Shown here in pieces: positions 27,683 to 35,014 of a stretch of DNA of 35,014 nt. The DNA lies in IMG/VR virus record IMGVR_UViG_3300048009_000268, positions 1 through 35,014 of that record; one strand, written 5' to 3'. A program made the position numbers and the translations under genes. Source of the DNA: a virus (Duplodnaviria > Caudoviricetes). The notes beneath the pieces are model-generated. The model had not been told where the DNA came from. It ran no database searches and saw nothing but the letters and a program-made list of their open reading frames with translations. Positions within the stretch are counted from its first letter, which is position 1. Each line of letters starts with the position of its first letter.

Positions 27683-27969
27683 TGTTACTTAAAAAACCAA
27701 CCGCTGTCGGAGATGTTATTTCATTAAAACTCTCAACAGGCGAAGAAATAATTGGAAGACTAGAAGCAGAAACTGACACTGGCTATGACATCAAAAAGCC
27801 AATGGCTATTGTTATGGGTCAGCAAGGACTTGCTCTAGCACCTTATATGTTCAGCACAACAAACGACCAAGTTATGACGTTCAAACAAACAAACGTAATG
27901 ACAACAGGCTCGACTATTGAAGAAATTTCAAAACAGTATGTTGAACAAACTACAGGCATTGTAACTTAG
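27682..27969 (+). CDS. Hypothetical protein with a possible Sm-like fold
   Basis: VISLKLSTGEEIIGRL resembles the Sm1 pattern. Confidence 0.5.
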   Translation: MLLKKPTAVGDVISLKLSTGEEIIGRLEAETDTGYDIKKPMAIVMGQQGLALAPYMFSTTNDQVMTFKQTNVMTTGSTIEEISKQYVEQTTGIVT

Positions 27970-28236
27970 ATGCCTGGTATTAGTCGTAACAATGATACAG
28001 CAGGCGGAGATTTAATTCCGAGCCAAGCAACTGTATTCGCAAATGGCGAACTAGTCATTGTTAACGGCGACGATGTAGAAGGTCACGGGTCAGGCGCTCA
28101 TGCCGGACCAACTATGATAGCAGGTTCTAACAATGTATTCATTGGCGGAGTTGCTGTTGTTAATGCAGGTGACCTTGCTACATGTGGCGATGCCGCAACA
28201 GGTAGTGCCAACGTAAAAGTTGGCGATCCAGCCTAA
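27970..28236 (+). CDS. PAAR-domain spike-tip protein (T4 gp5.4-like)
   Basis: VFANG..V..GD, GSNNVFIGG..V..GD..TCG, with His/Cys metal ligands. Confidence 0.85.
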   Translation: MPGISRNNDTAGGDLIPSQATVFANGELVIVNGDDVEGHGSGAHAGPTMIAGSNNVFIGGVAVVNAGDLATCGDAATGSANVKVGDPA

Positions 28237-28304
28237 ACCACTTTTAACACCCCTTAAACGCAGATCTATTAAATAAATTTGTAACTATAATACAGGAGAG
28301 CATT

Positions 28305-28481
28305 ATGGCAACACATGAAGAAATTGTACAAGCATACAATAACTACTTGGCAGAGCATGCAACTTTCGAAGAGAAAGGTGTAAAGGCGGCTGCAACAAGA
28401 GCTAGAAAAGCACTTGGCGATTTAGGTAAACTAACTAAAGATCGTAGAAAAGAAATCATTGAAAAGAAGAACTCAATGTAA
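28305..28481 (+). CDS. Unlisted 58-aa Hc1-like (histone H1-like) protein
   Basis: Hand translation MATHEEIVQAYNNYLAEHATFEEKGVKAAATRARKALGDLGKLTKDRRKEIIEKKNSM. CAGGAG RBS, TAAATA at 28270, and a KG-x-KAA-x-x-RAR motif. Confidence 0.78.
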   Translation: MATHEEIVQAYNNYLAEHATFEEKGVKAAATRARKALGDLGKLTKDRRKEIIEKKNSM

Positions 28482-28690
28482 TGAGTGGACAGCGAAGTTG
28501 GCTTAAATTTTGGGCCCGAACTGTTGGTATGCCGATAGGCGTTACTGATGAAGACAAGCCAGAATTTTTACCAATTACGCAACAAGAAGTACGGAGAGCA
28601 TTAGCATTCCGTACTTTTTGGATTGTACTACACATAATAACGTGTTTTATGATCATAGCAGGAAATGCGAAAGCACTATTTTTTAGTTAG
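28481..28690 (+). CDS. Small membrane protein
   Basis: TAATG-coupled, with a C-terminal TM helix. Confidence 0.6.
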   Translation: MSGQRSWLKFWARTVGMPIGVTDEDKPEFLPITQQEVRRALAFRTFWIVLHIITCFMIIAGNAKALFFS

Positions 28691-28778
28691 CCAAAAACAG
28701 TAAACTGATTTTTACTAATTTACTAAATAATCTTTGCGTATGATATAGACGCGACAATAATAAAAAAAGGAATGTTTT

Positions 28779-29378
28779 ATGAATAAACTATTATTATCAA
28801 TAGTAGCAGCGACCTTTATGGCTGTACCAGCATTTGCCGATGACTTCGACAAAACTGGTGTAAGCGTAACGGCTTCAACAGGTAATTTATCTTTTGGCTA
28901 CGCAGCAGGAACACACGCTGACTTCGCAGATGGCGCAGATGTGTTTACACTGAGCAACGCAGGCCCAGTAGCTAATGTTGGATTACAATTTATTAGCAAC
29001 GGCTCAACAGATGATTACAGATTGAATCTATCTAAAAGAGCTGACCTTACATTACTTAATCTAAATGTCTATGGTGTTGCAGAAGCACACTATGATTTTG
29101 GTGATTCATTTGCCAATGACAGATTAGTATTAAGTCCGTATGTAGGTATCGAAGCACCAGTATTTGGCGTAACGCCATATGTTGAAATAGGCTACGATGT
29201 TAGTTCATTAGAAGGCGACTTCTTAGATTTTAACAATCAAGATAGTTATGCGGCAGTTGGTGCTAGAATGTCTATCAGTGAAAGCGTTGAGTTAAACGCA
29301 CAGATCCTAAACAAAATGGATACTGATTTTGACAACACAGATAGAGAATTTGTAGTAGGGTTCAACATTAAGTTGTAA
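28779..29378 (+). CDS. Outer-membrane beta-barrel (porin-like) protein
   Basis: Sec signal peptide (PAFA-DD), alternating amphipathic strands and a C-terminal VVGFNIKL strand. Confidence 0.7.
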   Translation: MNKLLLSIVAATFMAVPAFADDFDKTGVSVTASTGNLSFGYAAGTHADFADGADVFTLSNAGPVANVGLQFISNGSTDDYRLNLSKRADLTLLNLNVYGVAEAHYDFGDSFANDRLVLSPYVGIEAPVFGVTPYVEIGYDVSSLEGDFLDFNNQDSYAAVGARMSISESVELNAQILNKMDTDFDNTDREFVVGFNIKL

Positions 29379-29405
29379 TTTACCACAAAGTTCTATTTGA
29401 ATTAA

Positions 29406-29433
29406 AGAAGGCGCATTTATTGCGTCTTTTTTT
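29406..29433 (+). terminator. Rho-independent terminator
   Basis: AAGGCGCA-TTTAT-TGCGTCTT followed by a T tract. Confidence 0.75.
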
Positions 29434-29476
29434 ATGGCTAAATAATATGGGCATATAATTATAAGAGAGGGCAAGT

Positions 29477-29944
29477 ATGTACGAATATAAATGTAAGGTG
29501 TTACGTATAGTAGACGGAGACACTGTTGATATAGATATCGATTTAGGGTTTGGTATATGGATGCACAGAGAACGTGTTCGTATAATGGGCATTGATACTC
29601 CTGAATCAAGAACAAGAGACAAAGTAGAGAAAACATTTGGACTGGCGTCTAAAGCAAGACTCAAAGACATGTTACCAATTGGATCAACACAAATACTTAA
29701 AACAGAAATTGATCGAAGTGGAGAAGACAAAAAAGGCAAGTTCGGAAGAATCCTTGGAGACTTCCTTATTGACGGTAGAAGAGTCACTGAAATACTTGTT
29801 GAAGAAGGACATGCTGTAGCATACTTCGGCGGAAGCAAAGAAGAGATTGCGGCAAAACATCTAGTTAATAGAGATAAGTTATTACGTGAAGGGGTAGTAA
29901 GTCGTAAAGACTATGATGCCGCTGTCGCTAAAATGACAAAATAA
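29477..29944 (+). CDS. Thermonuclease (SNase-like)
   Basis: RIVDGDTV, RVRIMGIDTPESR and GKFGRILG. Confidence 0.9.
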   Translation: MYEYKCKVLRIVDGDTVDIDIDLGFGIWMHRERVRIMGIDTPESRTRDKVEKTFGLASKARLKDMLPIGSTQILKTEIDRSGEDKKGKFGRILGDFLIDGRRVTEILVEEGHAVAYFGGSKEEIAAKHLVNRDKLLREGVVSRKDYDAAVAKMTK

Positions 29945-29947
29945 AGG

Positions 29948-29976
29948 TTGACATAACGTCTATTTCGTGCTATAGT
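29948..29976 (+). promoter_or_regulatory. Sigma70-like promoter (extended -10)
   Basis: TTGACA-N17-TATAGT with TGn. Confidence 0.75.
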
Positions 29977-30007
29977 ATTACTATAATACAGGCACGGAGT
30001 AGGCAAT

Positions 30008-30460
30008 ATGACAATGCATCTAGCGAGAGGTCTTAGTACCATCAGTACTAAGAAGCGTAAGAAAAAAGCTCTCACACAAAAAGATATCGAAAGATATACT
30101 ATCGAATGGCGCAAGCACAACAAAGCAATGCGTCGAGCAAACAATCACTCATTACAGTACGACACAGTAAACGATTACATTTCGTATGTTCGTGGTGAAT
30201 ACAAAGCCCCTGTAAAAAGTAGAGGCACATATACACCAGATACATCTTGGCGTAGAGATGATCCTAAGATTCCTTCTGCAATGGAAGAAGCAATCAAGAA
30301 CGGTACATTTAATAGAGGTTGTTCAGGCGGTACTAAGAAAGAGTCACCAAAGTATACAGGTGATCTTATTGTAGGTATTGCTACAATGCATAAGTCAAAT
30401 GCTGTTCCTGTGATGCGTGGCACTAAACAGGCAGAAGAAATTGCAAAGATGAGGAGATAA
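30008..30460 (+). CDS. Basic phage hypothetical protein (GIATMHKSNAVPV motif)
   Basis: 150 aa with a GGAG RBS. The motif is recalled from T4-like phage hypotheticals. Confidence 0.7.
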   Translation: MTMHLARGLSTISTKKRKKKALTQKDIERYTIEWRKHNKAMRRANNHSLQYDTVNDYISYVRGEYKAPVKSRGTYTPDTSWRRDDPKIPSAMEEAIKNGTFNRGCSGGTKKESPKYTGDLIVGIATMHKSNAVPVMRGTKQAEEIAKMRR

Positions 30461-30462
30461 GC

Positions 30463-31023
30463 ATGAAACATTTATTAAGTATAATTTTTATTCTTTTATT
30501 CACAACTTCAGTACTAGGCTCTACATTTCAGCAACCGATACAAGGTGAAGTGTTTACAGAAAACGAAGAGCCCGAACTGTACTGTTTAGCAATAAACATC
30601 TATCATGAAGCAAGAGCAGATCATATTGCAGGACAATATGCTGTTGCAGATGTAGTTCTTAATCGTGTACAGGATACACGTTATCCTAATACTATTTGCG
30701 GAGTAGTAAAACAAGGACCAGTAAAGGAGAGTTGGAAGACCAAACAATATGCTGGACTACGTGATGACGAACGCATATACAATCCCGTTCGACACAAGTG
30801 TCAATTCAGTTGGTGGTGTGATGGTCGTAGTGATGCAACACATGACTTAGACAGTTGGATGCGAGCGCAGGAAATTGCACAGCGTCTTGTGTATCTAGGA
30901 AGATATAGAGGCATAACAGAAGGTGCTACACACTATCATGCAACATATGTTTCCCCTAGATGGATTAGTGATTTAGATCAAGTTGGACGTATAGGACAAC
31001 ACATCTTTTACCGTTGGCCATAA
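30463..31023 (+). CDS. Cell wall hydrolase, SleB/Hydrolase_2 family
   Basis: CLAINIYHEAR, VADVVLNRV, YPNTICGVV, CQFSW, GATHYHATYVSPRW and HIFY. N-terminal signal/TM segment. Confidence 0.92.
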   Translation: MKHLLSIIFILLFTTSVLGSTFQQPIQGEVFTENEEPELYCLAINIYHEARADHIAGQYAVADVVLNRVQDTRYPNTICGVVKQGPVKESWKTKQYAGLRDDERIYNPVRHKCQFSWWCDGRSDATHDLDSWMRAQEIAQRLVYLGRYRGITEGATHYHATYVSPRWISDLDQVGRIGQHIFYRWP

Positions 31024-31029
31024 AAGTGG

Positions 31030-31058
31030 TTGACATTCTTTTAACTTGAACATATACT
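31030..31058 (+). promoter_or_regulatory. Sigma70-like promoter
   Basis: TTGACA-N17-TATACT. Confidence 0.8.
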
Positions 31059-31093
31059 ATAAACTTAAATGAATAGGCTAAATGGAGGCTATA

Positions 31094-31609
31094 ATGAATA
31101 ATATGTTGAAAGCAGCTACATTCGCAGGAGTCATCTTGACACTTGGAGCATGTAGTTCAATGACTACTATTGATGTAAGAGAAACTAAAGCAAACCCTAA
31201 GTGGTATGAAGACTGTGAGCAAATTGGTTCAGAAGGTTTCTTGTTTTGGAAAACTGATTATGCATATGCATGTGGTATGGGCGAAAGTCAATACGAACAA
31301 GCAAGTGAATCACAAGCATATACTTTTGCTGTGAAAGGTTATGCAGAACGTATTAACGGTACTGTGAATAGTTTTACCGAAGTAGACATCAAAGACACTA
31401 GTCGTAAAACTAGAACGTATGTAAGACATTCTGTTGAAGATACAGTTATTAGAGAGCATCTTGAAGTTAAGAAGAAGTCTTACCAACTTGCATCTACTGG
31501 CAACGTTCATACATATGTAAGAATTAAGATGCCACTTGAAACTTTTGATCGTCTGATTCAGGAGGCTAATAATGGTCAAGTATCTATTGCTGACAATAGT
31601 AGCAATTAG
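31094..31609 (+). CDS. Lipoprotein (LPP20-like)
   Basis: Lipobox LGAC and a PKWY motif. The ATG at 31094 follows GGAGG. Confidence 0.7.
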   Translation: MNNMLKAATFAGVILTLGACSSMTTIDVRETKANPKWYEDCEQIGSEGFLFWKTDYAYACGMGESQYEQASESQAYTFAVKGYAERINGTVNSFTEVDIKDTSRKTRTYVRHSVEDTVIREHLEVKKKSYQLASTGNVHTYVRIKMPLETFDRLIQEANNGQVSIADNSSN

Positions 31610-31901
31610 TAGTGCAGGGTGTACAACACCCGACTACTTTGACTACAAGGCGCCATACTGTTACACTGATGAAACTGTCCAATTAAAAGATGGCAAGAAG
31701 GTATCAGGTAATGCAACACACTCTTGTACTGATCGTCCAGGACAACAAGTTGCTATACAACGTGCAGGAATTGATGCAGGTTGTAAAGAGTTTTGGTATA
31801 ATGAATTTAGAAACGGGAAGGTAATTCCTACTAGAGGAGTATATTGTGAGAAACTTGACGGTAGCACTGAAATCATTAATATTAACGGCAACAATAATTA
31901 G
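31572..31901 (+). CDS. Cys-rich lipoprotein
   Basis: Lipobox SAGC, four further Cys residues and a GGAGG RBS. Confidence 0.68.
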   Translation: MVKYLLLTIVAISSAGCTTPDYFDYKAPYCYTDETVQLKDGKKVSGNATHSCTDRPGQQVAIQRAGIDAGCKEFWYNEFRNGKVIPTRGVYCEKLDGSTEIININGNNN

Positions 31902-32289
31902 TCTAGGGGCGTGTTCAACAACTACGCCTTATCAGACTAGTGCTGTACAAGTTCCTACTGTTAACAGTCCAACCAGTGGCACAAGCATTATGGTTGATGT
32001 TGTAAACGGCTTGTATATTACAAACAAGTATGGACTAGACAAGCAACAGAAGCTAAAACAAACAGCCGCCTTTTATACGGCGTTAGACAGCGACTACGGC
32101 AAGGTTATTAGTTGGTACGAACGTAATGCAATGGGCCATGTTAAGGCTGTACACGGTTATCCACAAGGTAGAGGATTCTGTAGAGTAGTTTATAGTCAAG
32201 TAACTGTTAAAGGTCGTTCACGACACTTTGAAGAAACTGTATGTAAGAAGCATCTTGAAGATGCAAGGTGGCATTTTGTCCGAAAATAA
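31846..32289 (+). CDS. Lipoprotein with a 17-kDa surface-antigen-like C-terminal domain
   Basis: Lipobox LGAC and a W...G....FCR......V.G.......C......W pattern. Confidence 0.65.
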   Translation: MRNLTVALKSLILTATIISLGACSTTTPYQTSAVQVPTVNSPTSGTSIMVDVVNGLYITNKYGLDKQQKLKQTAAFYTALDSDYGKVISWYERNAMGHVKAVHGYPQGRGFCRVVYSQVTVKGRSRHFEETVCKKHLEDARWHFVRK

Positions 32290-32314
32290 CGATAAATACA
32301 TAGAGGGAAATACA

Positions 32315-34033
32315 ATGTTACTAGGCATACTAACACTAATCACGGCCCTTGCAATATCGGCCGTGGCAATTTACTATTCTGTAGCAGGACTGGTTGCTAT
32401 ATTTGCAGCCGCCGCTATCCCAATTATGATTATGGGCGGTGTGCTAGAGGTTGGTAAACTTGTGACCGCTGTTTGGTTACACAAGCATTGGAGCAAAGCT
32501 GCTTGGTGGCTGAGAACTTATCTCGCCTCTGCGGTGTTCGTTCTTATGCTTATAACAAGTATGGGTATCTTTGGTTTCCTAAGTAAAGCACACATCGAAC
32601 AAACAAGTGCAGGCGAAGAAAGTGTTGCACAAATAGAACGTATTGAAGATGAGATATCAAGATACATTGGTCAAGTTGGTCGTGCTGAAAATAAAATTAG
32701 AGAATTAGAGTCAAGCACATTTAACAACGATTCACAAATTCAAGATCAAATAGATAAAGAACAAAAACGTATTGACACAGCATACGATCGTATACAACCT
32801 GCCATTGACGAGCAGAATGTAATTATTGCAAATGTAACACAACTATACCAAGATGAACTAGATAAGATTGATGCAGACATATCTGTACTACAAGGTTATG
32901 TAGACAATGGCGAAGTAGCAAAAGCACAACAAATGATTGGTGCTAGTGCTGACGGCATCTTTGGTAAAAAGACAGCAGAAAAGATTGGCGACTGGAAAGA
33001 ACAAAAACAAATAGAACGTGCAGAATGGTTAGTTAAGATACAAGACTCTGCTAACTCGCCTACAGTAATAGCCGCACGTGAAGAAATTAAAAGACTAAGA
33101 ACTGTTGCAGACGATAACATTGCACAGTCTAATACACTTATCAATAGACTAAGAAGCAAGTTAGGTACAGACGATGTTAACCTTGACGAACTGTTAGATG
33201 AACAGTTCGAAAGAGTTCGAACAGCAAATGCAGAAATTGAAACACTTACTGATCAGAAATTTGAACTACAAGCAGAGTACAGAAAACTAGAAGCAGAAGT
33301 AGGACCTATCAAATACATTGCTGAATTTGTGTATGGCGAACAAGCAAATAAAAACTTATTAGAAGAAGCGGTGCGTTGGGTTATTATTACAATTATATTT
33401 GTATTTGATCCTCTTGCTGTACTATTACTAATAGCAAGTCAATACACGTTTGAATGGAATAGAAAACGTAAGCCACAACCTGAGCTTAACAACGATGAAT
33501 GGATCAACTACGAACGCATGAGAGCAGATATAATTTCTGCTAATGTTCCTCCATCATTTGAACCAGAGCCTGAGCCAGAGCCTGAAGAAGAATACCCAGT
33601 AGACTTGTTTAACAACAAGGCACAGAAGCACGAAGAAGCCGAAGCTAAAGAAGAACTACCGAGTGCTGTAGATGATGCCGCAACGGCAATGGCTGAAAGT
33701 GCTGAAGAATCAAAATACCCAGATACAAAAAACGCATTCTTTTATGGAAACGAAATAGAAGAATCTAAAAAAAAAGACCTAAGACTTAAAGCAAGCGAAG
33801 ATCAATCACAAATTGAAAGACGTGAACACATAGATGCACTTGAGGCAGATGCATCTATAGCCGAACGCAAGCGTCAATGGAAACTAGATAATCCAGACGA
33901 GAACCTTAAAAGTTGGAAAACTTTATATATACAAGGTAGGATTGACAAGTTACCGTGGGTACCAGACGAAGAAGGGTACGTACAGAACGGCGAACAATCA
34001 GATGATACTATTTGGAAACGGTTGAAAAAATAA
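32315..34033 (+). CDS. Membrane-anchored coiled-coil protein with an embedded peptidoglycan-binding-like motif
   Basis: N-terminal TM helices, long heptads, a TM segment ending FDPLAVLLLIA, and an acidic tail. The ATG at 32315 follows GAGGG and TAAATA. Confidence 0.7.
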   Translation: MLLGILTLITALAISAVAIYYSVAGLVAIFAAAAIPIMIMGGVLEVGKLVTAVWLHKHWSKAAWWLRTYLASAVFVLMLITSMGIFGFLSKAHIEQTSAGEESVAQIERIEDEISRYIGQVGRAENKIRELESSTFNNDSQIQDQIDKEQKRIDTAYDRIQPAIDEQNVIIANVTQLYQDELDKIDADISVLQGYVDNGEVAKAQQMIGASADGIFGKKTAEKIGDWKEQKQIERAEWLVKIQDSANSPTVIAAREEIKRLRTVADDNIAQSNTLINRLRSKLGTDDVNLDELLDEQFERVRTANAEIETLTDQKFELQAEYRKLEAEVGPIKYIAEFVYGEQANKNLLEEAVRWVIITIIFVFDPLAVLLLIASQYTFEWNRKRKPQPELNNDEWINYERMRADIISANVPPSFEPEPEPEPEEEYPVDLFNNKAQKHEEAEAKEELPSAVDDAATAMAESAEESKYPDTKNAFFYGNEIEESKKKDLRLKASEDQSQIERREHIDALEADASIAERKRQWKLDNPDENLKSWKTLYIQGRIDKLPWVPDEEGYVQNGEQSDDTIWKRLKK

Positions 34034-34036
34034 TAC

Positions 34037-34426
34037 ATGCCTCAAATCAAAGTAATTACTCCGCCCGATATATTACATAATAGCGACCCTAGTATATTGT
34101 TAATATATCCAAGTGCAGAACTTAAAGAAGAATTTCAAACAATTATACAAGACTGGGATATAAATTTTAACTTGTATATCTATTCACAGCCTGCACATGA
34201 CCACGATTTAGACTGGCTTCTTACTTTAGTTAAGATGTGTGACAAAACTATTATGGACCTCGATCAGTGCGATTCTCAAGTACGAGAACTTGCATCATAT
34301 ATTATATCGCATACAGACACTTATTGGTTGACAAATGCGGTAGAAACAGTGTATAATAAATTAAGTATGAATCGCATATACGATTTACAACAACTAAAGG
34401 AAGGAGTACTTAGTGCCAAGAAATAA
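34037..34426 (+). CDS. Phage hypothetical protein
   Basis: 129 aa with an ITPPD N-terminal motif. Confidence 0.65.
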   Translation: MPQIKVITPPDILHNSDPSILLIYPSAELKEEFQTIIQDWDINFNLYIYSQPAHDHDLDWLLTLVKMCDKTIMDLDQCDSQVRELASYIISHTDTYWLTNAVETVYNKLSMNRIYDLQQLKEGVLSAKK

Positions 34427-34694
34427 TAAATTTAACAACTTCAACAGCGGCAAGCGTTGGGATAGTAAACCTAAAGAACAACCTAAAGGTCTTACTGTAG
34501 AAGTGCGTAACAATGATGTTACCAAAGCTCTTAGAATCTTTAAGAAGAAAGTACAAGAAGCAGGTATTATTCAAGAAGTACGTGAAAGAGAGTATTACGA
34601 AAAGCCCTGCGAAAAGCGTAATAGAAAAAAGAAAGCGGCAATCAACAGGCATAAGAAAAACCTAGCCAAGAGAAAAAACGACTTAGGATTCTAG
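34413..34694 (+). CDS. rpsU: Ribosomal protein bS21 (phage-encoded)
   Basis: VEVRNNDVTKALRIFKKKV...GIIQEVREREYYEKPCEKRNRKKKAA matches the S21 pattern. AAGGAG RBS. Confidence 0.9.
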   Translation: MPRNNKFNNFNSGKRWDSKPKEQPKGLTVEVRNNDVTKALRIFKKKVQEAGIIQEVREREYYEKPCEKRNRKKKAAINRHKKNLAKRKNDLGF

Positions 34695-34695
34695 A

Positions 34696-35014
34696 ATGGC
34701 GATGCACACAGAGTTGTGGTTCCCTAGTGTTGTCTGGAGCTCAATGATTCATGTTGGTAAGAACGAAGACTTAAAAGCATATGCTTATGAGTTAAAGAAA
34801 GATGTACCAACACAAGTTCTAAGCAACTACGGCGGATACCAAAGTCCTAATCTAAAAGCAGGTGAGTCTAAAGCACTTGATAGGCTGCTGGAAACTATCA
34901 CAGAAGAAGTTAATTTTTGTGCTAACCAAGTTGGACTTAAACCTTTAGAACTATACAATGTTTGGCTAAACATTAATCCACCAGGTGCTTACAATGATTT
35001 GCACAACCACGTAG
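34696..35014 (+). CDS. 2OG-Fe(II) oxygenase-like protein, 3'-truncated by the window edge
   Basis: Hand translation MAMHTELWFPSVVW...SNYGGYQS...VWLNINPPGAYNDLHNH. The W-x-N...H-x-H pattern is typical of phage TIGR02466-like oxygenases. Confidence 0.75.
   Translation, partial: MAMHTELWFPSVVWSSMIHVGKNEDLKAYAYELKKDVPTQVLSNYGGYQSPNLKAGESKALDRLLETITEEVNFCANQVGLKPLELYNVWLNINPPGAYNDLHNHV

Noticed and set aside
33767-33776. Second A9G run as a frameshift site
   Set aside because: The phase is AAA AAA AAA GAC, the zero frame continues normally and the -1 frame stops within a few codons. Slippage cannot be excluded but nothing supports it.
1021-34652. Numerous antisense or nested ORFs in the track (e.g. 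4794-5369, 12855-13277, 20262-20822, 29380-29838)
   Set aside because: They are shadows of well-supported genes, with no RBS or recognisable motifs.
1-35014. Stop-codon reassignment, and tRNA genes
   Set aside because: TAA, TAG and TGA all end genes at sensible positions, conserved genes are intact in the standard code, and no cloverleaf with a T-loop was seen in the intergenic gaps.

Overview
A 35 kb segment of a large AT-rich, T4-like (myovirus-type) bacteriophage genome, probably marine; the prs, DUF1127 and regulatory motifs suggest an alphaproteobacterial host (inference). From left to right: (i) tail fibre/adhesin genes (1-9256); (ii) an inverted minus-strand island with a DUF1127 protein, two paralogous small proteins, an alternative oxidase and a conserved phage protein, divergent from a PiT-like phosphate transporter and PRPP synthetase, with the shared intergenic region carrying a LysR-type dyad, a Pho-box-like repeat and a structured leader; (iii) a lipase; (iv) a late cluster (14.3-21.1 kb) of putative internal-head proteins sharing an N-terminal M-x-[ILF]-x-E motif and [IL]-x-E sites, including a Pol-beta-type nucleotidyltransferase, a KxDG ligase-fold protein, two very basic paralogues and an acidic core-like protein with a candidate -1 frameshift at A AAA AAG; (v) an exonuclease, a beta-helix virion protein, nrdA-nrdB-glutaredoxin, PAAR, an Hc1-like protein, an outer-membrane beta-barrel, a thermonuclease, a SleB-like hydrolase, three lipoproteins, a membrane coiled-coil protein, ribosomal protein bS21 and a partial 2OG-Fe(II) oxygenase. 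Two promoter classes are visible: sigma70-like TTGAC[AT]-N17-TAnnnT and T4-late-like TAAATA. All calls come from reading motifs by eye; no database searches were run.
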